Source: Octopus vulgaris
Lineage: Eukaryota
Assembly: GCA_951406725.2 (NCBI GenBank)
Contig: OX597824.1
Coordinates: forward strand, 35,774,001-35,838,000
Length of the DNA: 64,000 nt
Direction of reading: 5' to 3'
The stretch's first letter is position 1. The number at the start of each line of letters is the position of its first letter. The notes beneath the pieces are model-generated. The model saw nothing but the letters and a program-made list of their open reading frames with translations, was not told where the DNA came from and made no database searches. The position numbers were made by a program, and so were the translations under genes. Positions 13,410 through 26,235 of this stretch are shown piece after piece.

Positions 13410-13625
13410 CAGGGTGCGGTGAATAAACTGTCGTCTAAATTACGCAAAATAACACTAACATCTCATTTTCAGTTATATTTACCAAAATTAGAGTAAATTT
13501 ATTCAATAAAATCGTCATTGGCTTCAATCCAGATGACTCCGGAATCTCCTACAACTCTCCTGCACGGTCTCCTTGTTTAAGTTGGCGAATGCTGCCATAA
13601 TCCTTGCCTTGAATTCATCTTTAGT
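13410..13625 (-). mobile_element. Tc1/mariner (maT/rosa-like) transposon 3' end with terminal inverted repeat
   Basis: Minus strand reads KDEFKARIMAAFANLNKETVQESCRRFRSHL/IEANDDFIE*, a typical transposase C-terminus. The element end TA|CAGGGTG begins at 13410. Confidence 0.75.
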
Positions 13626-13629
13626 CACA

Positions 13630-13825
13630 ATGCGCTTTGCATCATTTTAGCCTTCGAATGATACCATCCTGCTAGCTATACGAGCAGGCCAACATTCCCC
13701 TCCTGATCGAAAAGCGGACTGGCGCAACGTGAAATGAAGTGTTTTGGTCAAGAACGCAACGCACTGCCCGGTTTGAAAATCGAACCCACGATGTAGCGAT
13801 CGTGAGTGCAACGACCTAACCACTA
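13630..13825 (-). mobile_element. CORE-like SINE family C, antisense fragment
   Basis: GCAACGTGAAATGAAGTGTTTTGGTCAAGAAC...AATCGAACCC...CCTAACCACTAG is the reverse complement of the tRNA head plus CORE-like region. Confidence 0.7.
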
Positions 13826-14258
13826 GTATGTGTATATGTATTTAACGCCGTAAGAATTATGTGTTGGAGAGAATGTGCAATAGTTCTTTTTTGAAATATT
13901 GTCCCTCGAGGCATCATAAATTTATAAATAGTAGTATGTAAATATTGGGTTTTGAACTGCTACTGGTGATTTTACGAGCTTCTTTGGCATGTCATTGTTC
14001 TTGCTGCTGCTGTTGTTGTTATTGTTGTTGTCGTTGTTAAACAACAATACGGGTCGGGTAGGGATGATTAGGTGATGGTCTAGGGCTTAGGGGGCGGAAG
14101 ACTCCAGACCTTGGGGGGGGGGAAACTTTGGCCGTCTTGTTGTAGTCGATGGCTCTTCGTTGACGCCCGACACTACTGGGAGGTGGCCCTCGAAGTCACT
14201 GGAAATGGAGATCTCCAGGTCCAAATTCTTGGACGGCCGCTGCTGCTGCTGCTGCCAC

Positions 14259-14345
<87 letters not shown>

Positions 14346-14622
14346 CGACGACGACGCTGTACTGTTGTTGCAATTCGTACTGCTGCTATTAATTTTAGTT
14401 ATTACTATGTCTGTACTATTGTATTGTAGGAAATGGCTAAGAAAGACGGTTTCACCTTAAAAACTTCTTACCTTTCTCTTTTCTTAAAAGAAATTTTTCC
14501 TTTTAAGATTTTGGTCATATAAGAAATTATTTGAGAGAATAATGACTTTTTTTTTAATATTGTAAAAAGAAAAAGTACAAACTCACGGAGCTTCTAAAAC
14601 ACATTTAACTTCGTCAACAGGC

Positions 14623-14661
<39 letters not shown>

Positions 14662-14684
14662 AATGATAATAATAATAATAATAA

Positions 14685-15310
14685 TCCTTTCTACTATAGG
14701 CACAAGGCTTGAAATTTCGAAGGGAGAGTTAAGTCTATTACATCGACCCCAGTACTGTATTGCTAATTAATTTATCGACCTCCGAAAGGATGGAAGGCAA
14801 AGTCGACCTCGTTGGAATTTGAACTCAGAAAGTAAGGACAGACGAAATGCTGCTAAGCGCACTAATGATTCTGCCAGATCACCGCCTTAACAACAACAAC
14901 AACAACAATAATAATAATAACAATAATAATAATAATAATGATAATAATAATAATAATAATCTAAGAGCTGTTAAAACTATGTAAGTACCTTCGATAATCG
15001 TAAGTTATTATATAGGGAATTGGTTACATGATTTGCCAGAATTTCACTGAATGTGAAACCCGAATTCCCATTAACTAAGACCAGCTGCATTTCAATATAT
15101 GCCATGTATCGGGCGGTGATCTGGCAGAATCATTACCACGCCGGACAAAATGCTTTGCGGTATTTCGTCCGCCTTTAAGTTCTCAGTTAAGATTCATCCG
15201 AGATCGCCTTTGCCTTTCATCCTTTCGGGGGTCGATTAAGATATGTACTAGCTGAGTACAGTGGTCGATTTTATCGACTTAGCCCTGACCTTGTGCCAAA
15301 ATTTGAAACC
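14685..15310. mobile_element. Two SINE family A copies in divergent orientation (14685-14890 minus, 15110-15310 plus) amid (AAC)/(AAT) repeats
   Basis: Family A core recognisable on each strand. Confidence 0.8.
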
Positions 15311-16713
15311 ATTATATGCTGTGTATTGCGTTAAAGTTAGAATATTTTGACTATTTTAAAATATAATTTGTTACATGGACATACCTTTATATTTATCGAG
15401 TGGAGTGATTCATTCCCTTGTGTTTGTAAAATCAGTTGATTATCAAAGATAATTCCTTAACCAGTTCCTAACATTAACACAGAAGGAATTGAATTGGCTC
15501 CAATTTCCATTTATACTTTTTTAATGAACTTGGCTGAAGATCAATAATATTGTTTTCATTTTCATTACCCTTGCAACACAATTTCAGCTTTAATCAGGGT
15601 CCAAATGTTAAGATCATTAAGTTGATTCTATACTTGTGTTCTGTTACAATGTTAGACGTAAACAATGCTCCACAATTTTTTTTAGAATGTTCTATGACAC
15701 GAACACGAAAACTTTGGTTTAATTCATTCAATCCATTACTTTCAAAAAAATAATTTATATGAAATATAGACAAAATATAATGTAATTGTTTAACTGTCAA
15801 AAATGACTCCACCATTTTGTTTCATTAGAGGGAGTGCAATCCACAATAATTCGTTTTGCTTCAAAATATTGATCTGTTTGAAAAAATAACGGCGTTAGAT
15901 CCCAAATAAAAACCTGTAGCTTCATGTCAACAAACTGACAAAATTATGAAAGATTTCCAAAAGATCGAGATATGGAAGTTTTCGATGAAAAGGTGTTGAC
16001 TTTAGAAAAGGTTATAACATGTTAGCATCTAGAAAGATATTTGAACGCAAAACAATTTGCTTGTGAACTTCTGAAACTAGTAAAATACTGGTTCAATTAA
16101 AATCTACTACTCAGGAAATGAGATTAAGTAAAGGTAGTTAGTAATTATACTCCTCGAAGCATCTCTCATATATTCACTATTTTGAGAATTTGTGCGTCCC
16201 ACACCATTGTTATAGTGTGGAGGTAACATGATTAGGCTGTTGTTGTTGTGTAGACATGGGTCATCTTTAATTGAGAAAGTCTCAATCAGAATAAACATTT
16301 CGGATAGACAAAGCTAAAATCAAATTTCGGATGGCACTTTATAGTCTTCCGTTGATTATGTGGAGTGCAGTGGGTGTCACATTCAAACTCTGTTACATTC
16401 GTTTTGCTGTCGCCTCTTCAAATTTAATCAAATTTTGTATTGATCGTTATTGCAAAAGGTAAAATAAAATTTTGATTTAGATCAGATGATAGTTTTAAAA
16501 TGTTAATGTTTTCGTTAGGGTGTCGTCAGCTCTCAGCTAGTAAACTTGTGATAAACGTCGTTCCAATTGCGAACATTCTGTCCTTTTGTACACCCACGAT
16601 GACATTATACGATGCACTTTTGCATTTTTTTAAAAACTGGGGGTTTGACATGTGAGTAACTTGACGGCCATTTCAAGCAGGGTTTTATTTTTTGCCTTTT
16701 GGCTTAAGAGTTT

Positions 16714-16886
16714 CGTTAGAATAGTCGTTTTTTCGATTATTTTCTTGGCACATTTTCTCAGCAACTGGGTCATCGAAATATGTTGTCGATTTAGCTCTTC
16801 TAGTATAAAGATAATCTATATCTTTTGCAGAGATTATGGTTTCATCAATTTGACCTGGTTTTTCAATTATAATTTTAATTGGTTTC
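16714..16886 (-). mobile_element. Possible Merlin (IS1595-like) transposase relic
   Basis: Minus strand reads KPIKIIIEKPGQIDETIIS (cf. IGGPG..VQIDE) and, after a frame change, FILEELNRQHISMTQLLRKCAKKIIEKTTILT (cf. F...V.NR...TL..LI......T.I.TD). Confidence 0.35.
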
Positions 16887-17644
16887 TGCGCTGATACACC
16901 GGCATTGATAGCATTAAAATGTCGTAAAGTTAAGTGTCACCTCTAAATGTTTTTATACGTTTCATTGCTTATGTTCGCGTTTGCTGTGCATATTCGTTTA
17001 TTTCTTTCAGTCATTAGACTGAATCCATGCTGGAATACCATCTTGAAGAATTTTAACCGGACAAATCATCCACCAGTACTTATTTTTAAGCCTGATACTT
17101 ATTCTGTTGGTCACTTTTGCCAAACCGCTAAGTTATGGGGACGTACACACATCAAACGCAGACACAAAGACGCATACACACATACCCGCACAGACAGACA
17201 GTAGAAAGGATTTATTTTAAAGTTGAAAAAGTGTGACACATTCACATTTATATTAGACAAAACGTCCCCCGTCCAATGGATGATGTTGAGTTGTCAAACA
17301 TTTAAACCAAATTTTCTCAAAACAACTTGTCTGACCGTCCCATAGGCCTCCCCTTTGAGAAACACTGATTTAATCTAAATTTGAGACACCAGCAAAAGAA
17401 GAAATAAAGATAGACTTTTTTTCTATTCTAAAGAAAAACGATTTTATTCACACAAATATGCAACCGAAAAGTTTAAAGTACCAGTAATGATAAGGCTGTT
17501 GACTTGGAGAACACAAACATGGTTTAAATAGTAAGCTTGGCAGGAAAGAAACGTGCCTTTAAGCAGTACAAAAACAACAAAAAATGGAAGGTGCAGTTAT
17601 GTACAGGTTGTCGGAAGAAACGCAGGACAAAAACGGCTTTATCG

Positions 17645-17771
17645 ATCGCATTCTCACCTGGAATCGATTTTTGTAATTTTTTTCAAGACTTATACACACC
17701 CTGATACAGTCGGTATCTACATATCAAATTTGAGAGCAATCGGATGGAGGTTGCCCGAGATTCTAGAAGAC

Positions 17772-17824
<53 letters not shown>

Positions 17825-17843
17825 CGGATTTTATATAATAGAT
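17645..17843 (-). mobile_element. Probable non-autonomous Helitron-type element, 5' end
   Basis: Minus strand begins A|TCTATTATATAAAA, then a (GT)n tract, then CCGATTGCTCTCAAATTTG, an architecture typical of invertebrate Helitron-derived short repeats. No 3' CTAG end was identified. Confidence 0.5.
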
Positions 17844-18177
17844 ATGTTTATTTTTGGGGAAACTTTATTTCAATTAAAGTGTAATTTTTGTGTGTGTGTG
17901 TGTGTATTAAATAAAGCAAAAAATTAAACAAAAATGAAAGTGATCAGTGTTTTGGCGACAGGAATTTCTGTCAAAGAGACATGGTTAAGCAAAGTTGTAC
18001 ATCAACTCCCTTTTTCTCTCACATATCCACTCTTTCACTCTCTCTTTCATTATTACTCCCACTGCCACCTTCCACACTACTACTTTTAATAAAACATCAA
18101 TTCTCCCTAAATTTCTTTGAGGTCTAAGTGTGACACACTGACACACAGAAATTAGTTTTTCGCATTTATTATATTAT

Positions 18178-18218
<41 letters not shown>

Positions 18219-19396
18219 AAGAAAGAAGGAGAGAGGGGAGAGGAGAGAGATGTACAATTTTCATTGTGTGTGTGTGTGTGTGTGTGTGTGCGTGAGTCTG
18301 CCCATTTGCTTCGGTTTAATTCTACATCTAACTTGAACATTTAACTTTTATTGCCCGTTCATTCTTCCTCTCTTCCAATTGGCTGTTCAATTCCAGAAAA
18401 TAATTTATCTTTTCTGGTGTGTCTATCTGTTTGAAATTATATCCGTTTACGCTATGCTGTCTGATTCTAATTTAGATAAATTAATACAGTGAAAATCTCA
18501 GAACTAGTCAATTGAATCTCTACACACGCACAGCAAGATCTTGCGATAATATATTTAATTCATAAAAAAATATATATATACCGAACGCCGTCCTTGTTGA
18601 CCTTTGTAATGTATGAAGCAAATGACCTCCGAAACAGTCATCGATGGTTATCTTGAAAAAAAAAATTAAGCAGAGCCCTATCAAATGTAATATCAGCATG
18701 GCCGTACAGGCAGAAGTGCGGTCAAGCAGCCGATGGATAGAAATATCTAGCATCATAAATTAAAGCTAACATTTGACACGAGAGGTCGACGCACCTTTCA
18801 AAATTCGATTTCATTTTGACATTAGATGCGCTCCAATGATGTTCTGTAAAATAGTTTTTAAAAGAAAGCAAAAATACAGCAAAAATGTACTAGTCTAACT
18901 CGTATACTAAGTTTGTTCGAATACGAATAAGGTTTGTGTGAGTGCGTTTATGCGGGTGCCTCTGTGTGTGTGGGGGAAGGTTCAACATTTCCCCCACTAA
19001 TCTTTGTTAATGTCTACTTATGCATGGATGGCTATTATATTCAATAGACTTTTCTCCAGAGCAGAAAGAAAATTATTTCTTTTCTTTCATTTCATTTTCC
19101 ACGTTTTTCTTTTCTTATTTCTTCTTTGCCTTTTTTTTTTATTAACTTTTTATTAACCTTATAATTTCAAAATCCACAATAACAAACACAGTGGTTTCTT
19201 TTGAAACTATTAAATGGATTAAAAAGGAAAGCATTCCTAGTTCGACTTCCGTTTTTGTTGAAGTCAATTCAAAAATTATCTACTTGTGGAGTGCATTGAT
19301 TTGGTAGGAGGTTATTCGATACAGTAAAACTGACCGGTTTGTTGTTGACAACTAATCATAAGCTATTTAACAAGGTGTATAAAAATTGACATTGTC

Positions 19397-19561
<165 letters not shown>

Positions 19562-19742
19562 TTAAATACTGTTAGATTTTACTCATAAAGTATTGGAATC
19601 TTACATGTATACCATTTTGCCTAAAAAATGGATCTACAAATTCTATATCCCTGCATAACTCACATCTATTTTCTTTCCTCCACATCACTCTCTATTTTGT
19701 ATCCTATCTAAATTAACTATTACTTAACCATTCTCTCACACC

Positions 19743-19790
19743 GTATCCGATGAAGGGATATAATAAATATTCTGGAAACAGCTGTAAGAC
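19743..19790 (+). ncRNA. Degenerate hammerhead-like motif in a Penelope-like repeat (about 19570-19850)
   Basis: CCGAUGA-AGGGAUAU(AAUAA)AUAUUCU-G-GAAAC-AGCU-GUA-AGAC with palindromic stem III ACAGCUGU; shares the 3' half with 37648-37723. Confidence 0.45.
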
Positions 19791-20102
19791 ATTCTATCTA
19801 TAAATGTTCTAAAATCTACTCAGCCTTGGTTTTTTTTTATCTCATTACGAAAAAAAAATAATATATATATGATATAATATAATATAATGTAACGTAATAT
19901 AATATAATATAATATAATATAATGCAATATAATATTAAGTAAAGGGAATTGGACATCAGGATTTATTTAAGAAGAAGCGTGACAAAATTTGAGAAACGCT
20001 GGCCTAAATTCTTGAAATCCTTCCCAAAAATGATTGCTGACCGGAACCAATGAAGGAAAGTTAACGAATTTATTGAACATACCCCAGTATGTTTCCATCA
20101 GC

Positions 20103-20144
<42 letters not shown>

Positions 20145-20147
20145 GTT

Positions 20148-20480
20148 GTGAAGGCGCGTGGTTTAGTGGTTAGAATATCCGGCTCACGCTCGTAAGATCG
20201 TGAGTTCGATTCCTGGCGTCGCGTCATATCATCCTTGAACAAGACACTTTATTTCACGGTGTTCCAATTCACTTCGATTGGAGCAATATATAAGTTGTAT
20301 ATATAATTCAAAGGGCCAACCTTTTCACATCCTGTGTCATGCTGAATCTCCCTAAGGACTACGTTAAAGGTACTCGTGTTCATGGAATGCTCAGCCACTT
20401 GTACGTTAATTTCACGAGCAGGTTGTTCCGTTTCAACGGATCAGTTGGAATGCTCGCTGTCGTAACCAACGGAGTGCCAG
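20148..20480 (+). mobile_element. CORE-like SINE family C, full length
   Basis: Head GAAGGCGCGTGGTTTAGTGGTTAG...GAGTTCGATTCC, CORE-like region, and tail ending GTCGTAACCAACGGAGTGCCA; a homologous copy lies at 44870-45175. Confidence 0.88.
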
Positions 20481-20523
20481 TTTATGTGTGTGTATTGTCA
20501 GCAGATATGTGTATATATTTATG

Positions 20524-20568
<45 letters not shown>

Positions 20569-20592
20569 ACCCGAATAAATTATGATAAAACA

Positions 20593-21185
20593 AGGCGGCG
20601 AGCTGGCAGAAACGTTAGCACGCCGGGCGAAATGCTTAGCCGTATTTCGTCTGCCGTTACGTTCTGAGTTCAAATTCTGCCGAGGTCGACTTTGCCTTTC
20701 ATCCTTTCGGGGTCGATTAAATAAGTACCAGTTACGCACTGGGGTCGATATAATCGACTTAATCCGTTTGTCTGTCCTTGTTTGTCCTCTCTGTCTTTAG
20801 CCCCTTGTGGGTAGTAAAGAAATAGGTATTTCGTCCGCCGCTGCGTTCTGAGTTCAAATTCCGCCGAGGTCGACTTTGCCTTTCATCCTTTCGGAGTCGA
20901 TAAATTAAGTACCAGTTACGCACTGGAGTCGATGTAATCGACTTAATCCGTTTGTCTGTCCTTGTTTGTCCCTTCTGTGTTTAGCCCCTTGTGGGTAATA
21001 AAGAAATAGAAATAGGTATTTCGTCTGCTGCTACGTTCTGAATTCTAATTTCGCCGAGGCCGACTTTACTCTTTATCCTTTCGGGATCGATGAAATAAGT
21101 ATCAATTACGCACTGGGGTCGATATAATCGACTTAATCCGTTTGTCTGTCCTTGTTTGTTTCTTCTGTGTGTAGCCCCTTGATGG
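20593..21185 (+). mobile_element. SINE family A trimer (one head, three bodies)
   Basis: Three consecutive units of about 185-190 bp joined at GAAATA|GGTATTTCGTC (20824/5 and 21014/5). Confidence 0.92.
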
Positions 21186-22147
21186 TTTTGCTATAATGTT
21201 TGGTCCCTTCTTGCAGAGAACTGAAAATAATGTTTGCTTAAAACCTCTCAATACACGTTTCCTTTTGACTTACTCGAAATGTCAAAGTTCACTTATCCGC
21301 ACAGCACACGAACGTATCTTATTTCATAAATTCTATTCAAATGTTTCTTTTGCTGATAAAAAAAAAAAAAAAAAAACTCGATTCTCTTTAGACTTGTAAT
21401 ATATAATTAAAGCATTCATAATCAAACAATCATATAGCAGAGACTCATCACATGAACCTTCGAGAACACTGCCGTAAATATAACGGTCAACAATTCTGTG
21501 TATCATTTATAAACATACCCGTCTCTACAGCGACATTGCTGGTGCTCCATCCTAGGAGGCGCCATCCTGTTTTCAGGATCTTCCAAATATAAAGGGAAAA
21601 AATATGAAAACAATAAATATAATAAGCACTTTATTTTTACATTTTCTGAAAATTTTTAAAATTATACTTACGACAGCGCCAACATTTAGCTTACCCGCGG
21701 CACTGTTTTTATCACATTTTATTTGTTTTATTTAATTATTTTATATTTTCATCATAATGTAATATTAATTATATGTTACTTATTTGCATATATTTGTTTG
21801 TCTGTGTGTATATATAGTGTGTGTGTATGTGTGTTTGACAGTGCATTATCTGTATGTCCTATGTCATTATGCATTATATACTATAATTTAGGCATTTATT
21901 TCTTATACATACCTTCATTATGTGTATTTTTTTATGCCATATTTATGGTTGTTTCCAATGCATGTAGTTGTCCAGACGTGTGTGCATATGCATGTACGCG
22001 CGCGCGTGCGTGTGTGCGCCTGGTGTGACATGCGTGTACATATATTTGTGGTTATATGCGTATATGTGCTTATATGTATATGTATGTAGGTGTTCGTACA
22101 TATATGACTACGTAGGTGCGAGGGTATATACACACATACAAACACCG

Positions 22148-22184
<37 letters not shown>

Positions 22185-22399
22185 AATACACACATATACG
22201 CGCACACACACACACATATACACATAGTTATATGTGTGTTTGTATGTGTCTGTCTATGTGTCTGTTACGTATGGATGTCTATGTTGAAGTATGTGTGAAT
22301 ATATTCATAAAATATATTAAGTAGGTAGCGAGATAAATACAGAGGTAAATTTACATGGATACGAATATACACACACACGCACGCACTCACATATAAATA

Positions 22400-22432
22400 C
22401 TTATATATATATGTACATATATATATACATAT

Positions 22433-22495
<63 letters not shown>

Positions 22496-22681
22496 TATTA
22501 TACATATGTATTATATATATATATATATATATACATATATATACATATATATACATATATATATACATATATTATATATGTATTATATATATATATACAT
22601 ATATACATTATATATATATATACATATATATACATACATATATATATATATATATATATTATATGTGTGTGTGTATGTATA

Positions 22682-22720
<39 letters not shown>
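22400..22720. repeat. Degenerate (TA)/(TACA) microsatellite field
   Basis: Directly visible; source of the YIYIYI ORFs. Confidence 0.97.
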
Positions 22721-22721
<1 letters not shown>

Positions 22722-22959
22722 TACAAAGGAATGAGCAGGTAGGTTTACAAAACATATACATATTTATTTAGAGAAACTGAAAATAGATACTTAAGGGAAA
22801 GCCGAATAAATCATAATAAAACAAAATAGATATATTCTTTTGCACGGATATGTCTGTGCGTCTTTGGGGGATGGAGATAAAACCATGTCTATCCATGTGT
22901 GTCTGCGCGCGCCTGCGTGTGTACTATATGCACATCTTTGTATGTGCGCGTGAGTTTGG

Positions 22960-23480
22960 AAGAGCATCCAGATGTAACAGCCGTGGGAGGGGGGAATCCT
23001 CCGGTATTCCTGGATTCCCTTTTATAATTAGGTTAGCTAGGTTATTGACACGGATCATCATCACCATGGATGTAACTCTGTGTCATTGACGTGACACGAA
23101 ACGTTGATTCTTTTGCTCGTTGGGGAACACCTTTCTGCAAACTGGTCACTGTTCTTTCCATAGCACAGGGGTATACCCAGCTGCGCGGAGAAGGACCTTC
23201 ATTTAATCTTAATATAATAAATATTATAATAAATCTCTGAACGAGATGTAAAACCGGTGATTGCCGTACGTCGAAGACAGGCAAATACCTAGAAACTGCA
23301 ATCCGTGCGTATCACTTAGGTTTACGAGAGAGGGATGACCTCCCTTTGCAAATACCATAAGGGCACAGAAAGTGTGCCTAAAGCCAGCTGGAGACGATGA
23401 TCTCCTGGGGCTAAAAGCTACAGTAACACCCACCCTTAGTGGTTAACCATATTGAGATGGACAGTATACTTTACATAATA
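22960..23480 (+). mobile_element. Unclassified GC-richer interspersed repeat, probably a LINE 3' end
   Basis: Segment 23341-23462 is homologous to the minus strand of 43714-44037, with conserved hairpins and CCTGGGGCTAAA.GC.ACAGTAACACCC. Confidence 0.5.
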
Positions 23481-23814
23481 AATATTGTTTACTTTTTTCA
23501 TTTGCTTAAATTTATATTCGTTTTCTTAGTATTCATCCACCAGGAAATATGGATTTTTCTCCTGATCGCCTTCAGTCTCTCATAGGTGGGACGACACTAG
23601 CATATAATAGCTTTTTGCTATTCCTTTATTTAGTTCCAAGTTATACGACTGCGATTCTAAATGAATAGATTATCCATGTTCTCATGTAAAGTTAGGATCT
23701 GATTTCAAAAGCACGACAGCTACACCTTTATGTTCTCTCCTATTTTTAATTATTTAATCATTATTTATTCCTGTAAAGAAGAAACTGTTTCGTAACAAAG
23801 AAACAAAGTTCCGG

Positions 23815-24590
23815 GACTTGTGAAAATTCTTGTATATTTCTACTGTTCCGATTATAGATTGTATTTGTATTCTGAAAAGCTTAGCTTTTCCAGATTGTCG
23901 CTTAGATATTTACTCACAAAACCAAGTTGCACCAATTACTATTAACAGAAGCTGGAGATTTCGAAACAGTTATCTGTATTTATCCTCTTTCGCTTTGATT
24001 TTCAAAGAAATATTCACACCAGCAAGGTAACTGATCTTTATGTTGACACATATATTTCCTTGTCTGTCCCAAACAACAATATCCGGCTTGCTATGTAGAC
24101 GTTCTGCTGGGAATGTTCCACAAATATTCTATGTGTTGATGCTTATGTGCGCATTCAATTCTAAGATGTTAGTTAATTTTTTGGCTAAAAAAGCAAAAAA
24201 GCAAGGCCATGTAGGGGGACATGGAGTTATGTACACGGTGGTGTTCATGCAAAGAGTTCAGGCCATTTGTGGTCAAGGGAGACTTTGAACCGAGCGGTCG
24301 TCGGCATCATCCCAAGACAGTCTTTTGGTCAGATGGTACTGCACATGGTTTTAGCGACAACGTCGTGTCGCACTAAAAGATAGTATCGTGATGACATTTT
24401 CGAGCAGCTGCTAATCCCATGTGTGATGTTTCCCATATTTTCTCAGAAGTATGATATAATCGATATTTTTGGTTGCAGCTTGATGCTCCAACGTCTTCAT
24501 TGTTTCTTTTTGTTTATTAGGTATTTTGGAACATTCTACTGTTCTTGGCTTGCAAATGCTTAGCCTTCGAAGTGTGATGTGATATATATG
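23815..24590 (-). mobile_element. Decayed R4/Dong-clade non-LTR retrotransposon (CCHC knuckle + RLE), interrupted by a CR1 fragment
   Basis: Minus strand reads [21 protein letters not shown] ... ITHGISSCSKMSSRYYLLVRHDVVAKT ... EYLWNIP..HSKPDIVVWDRQGNICVNIKIS...KEDKYR*LFRNLQLL..IVIGA ... QSIIGTVEIYKNF, matching R4/Dong motifs in order. Confidence 0.85.
24167..24310 (-). mobile_element. CR1-type LINE 3' end (5'-truncated)
   Basis: Reads MPTTARFKVSLDHKWPELFA*, followed by a 3' UTR and TAACTAAC tail; clearly the same family as 40360-40543. Confidence 0.85.
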
Positions 24591-24737
24591 CATGAACGTA
24601 TGTGTATATATATGCATGCATACATGCATGTATATATATATATATACACACATAAACCTGTATATGCACACTCACACAAACGCAGATATATATACATACG
24701 TACATACATATATGCATACATATATATACATATACAT

Positions 24738-24778
<41 letters not shown>

Positions 24779-24811
24779 AACATACATATATTTATATATA
24801 GACATATACAT

Positions 24812-24859
<48 letters not shown>

Positions 24860-24890
24860 TTATATTTATATTTATATTTATACATACATA

Positions 24891-25245
24891 GGCGCAGGCG
24901 TGAGGTTAGAAGCTTGCTTCCCAACCCCATGGTTCCAGGTTCAATCCGACAGCGTGCCATCGTCTTGTACTCTACCCGCAGGCCGACCAAAGCCTAATGA
25001 GTGGATTTAGTAGACGGAAACTGAAAGAAAGCTGTTGTATATTTATGTGCATGTGTTTGTGTTTGTTTCTCCCCACCCCGCCATCGCTTGACAACCGACG
25101 TTGGTGTATTTATGTCCCCGTAAATTACCGGATCAGCAAAAGATAGAATAAGTCCTGAAGTCGATTTCTACGACTAAAGCCCTTTGAAGCGGCTTTCCAG
25201 CATGGCCGCATTCAAATGACTGAAAGAAGTAAAAGAATAAAAGAA
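24891..25245 (+). mobile_element. SINE family B, diverged
   Basis: Head, body and tail all recognisable. Confidence 0.85.
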
Positions 25246-25591
25246 TGCACATGTATACGTGTGTGTGTGTGCGCGCGCGTGTGTGTGTATGTGCGCGCGC
25301 GCCTGCGTGCATGTATATATTGATATATACGCATTCATATATATACATATTTATGTACACATACATATATACACAAATATGCAATTTTGGCGTTTTTGGT
25401 GTGAAGTCGTGAACAACATTTCGATATATTTAAAGACATTTTTTTCTGTTATCGAAACTATTCTTAAGTCGGTAGTTAGTTTAGATCGCAGTTTGGACCC
25501 ATGGTTTGAAATGCGTCCTAGAGCAACTTTTTTTTTTCATATTGCAAAATTTCTAGAAGAATATGAGAAACAATCAAATATTGAAATTTTC

Positions 25592-25896
25592 CTGTAGGTC
25601 TCAACTGGGGTCCATAAGACCCAGAGAGGTCCATATGAGATTTTTTATTGTCCCCGCAGAATAGTAAGTTGAGGATTCACAGAAGTATATTAAGTGTGCA
25701 TGAAAAAAATTTTGCGAAAATAAGTGATATTTCTTACTCTAATCAACCTACACAAGTTAATGTATGAAAAACAAAATATTTTGAAAGAAGTAACTATAAA
25801 ATTAGGCTTTAAACATCAAATGGCTAGGGGTGGGCACTAGAATAGAATAGTAATCAAAGGGATCCATAGATAAAAATAATGGTTGTGAACTACCGT
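25592..25896. mobile_element. Possible old hAT-type MITE
   Basis: Degenerate termini CTGTAGGTCTCAAC...GTTGTGAACTACCG with subterminal GGGGTCCA motifs near both ends. Confidence 0.4.
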
Positions 25897-26019
25897 TGTA
25901 GGCGTTTATGATAAGAGAACACCATATGATTTCTCAATTTCTTCTGAAAAAAAATAAGGCAGCTCTCGTTCAATGATTCCTATTGTGTGAGGCAAAACCA
26001 AAATATATAATAGTTCTAT

Positions 26020-26235
26020 CTTGAGCCTTAAGATTTAACAGGTCAGTTACTCGGATTTCATGGCGTATAATTGGCCAGATCACAGCATTCCCCACTAAAC
26101 GGGGCTCCGGTCCGTCGCAGGGCTATTCATTTAGATCTGAGTGGCTTGAAGCAACGCATCATTCCTTCCGAGAATCGAACCCACAATTTAACGATCGTGA
26201 ATGTAATACCCCAACCACTAGGCCACACGCCTTCG
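26020..26235 (-). mobile_element. CORE-like SINE family C, antisense, internally deleted
   Basis: GAATCGAACCC...AACCACTAGGCCACACGCCTTC is the reverse complement of the head; the tail resembles 8660-8728 and 9096-9125. Confidence 0.7.

Noticed and set aside
15500-15815. Possible GIY-YIG (Penelope) endonuclease relic (FRVRVIEH...IIDLQP) on the minus strand
   Set aside because: Only loose motif resemblance; the GIY/YIG motifs themselves are not visible.
20148-20220. tRNA-like sequences with A and B boxes (also near 44875 and 58964)
   Set aside because: They continue into SINE bodies and lack a complete acceptor stem, so they are SINE heads rather than tRNA genes.
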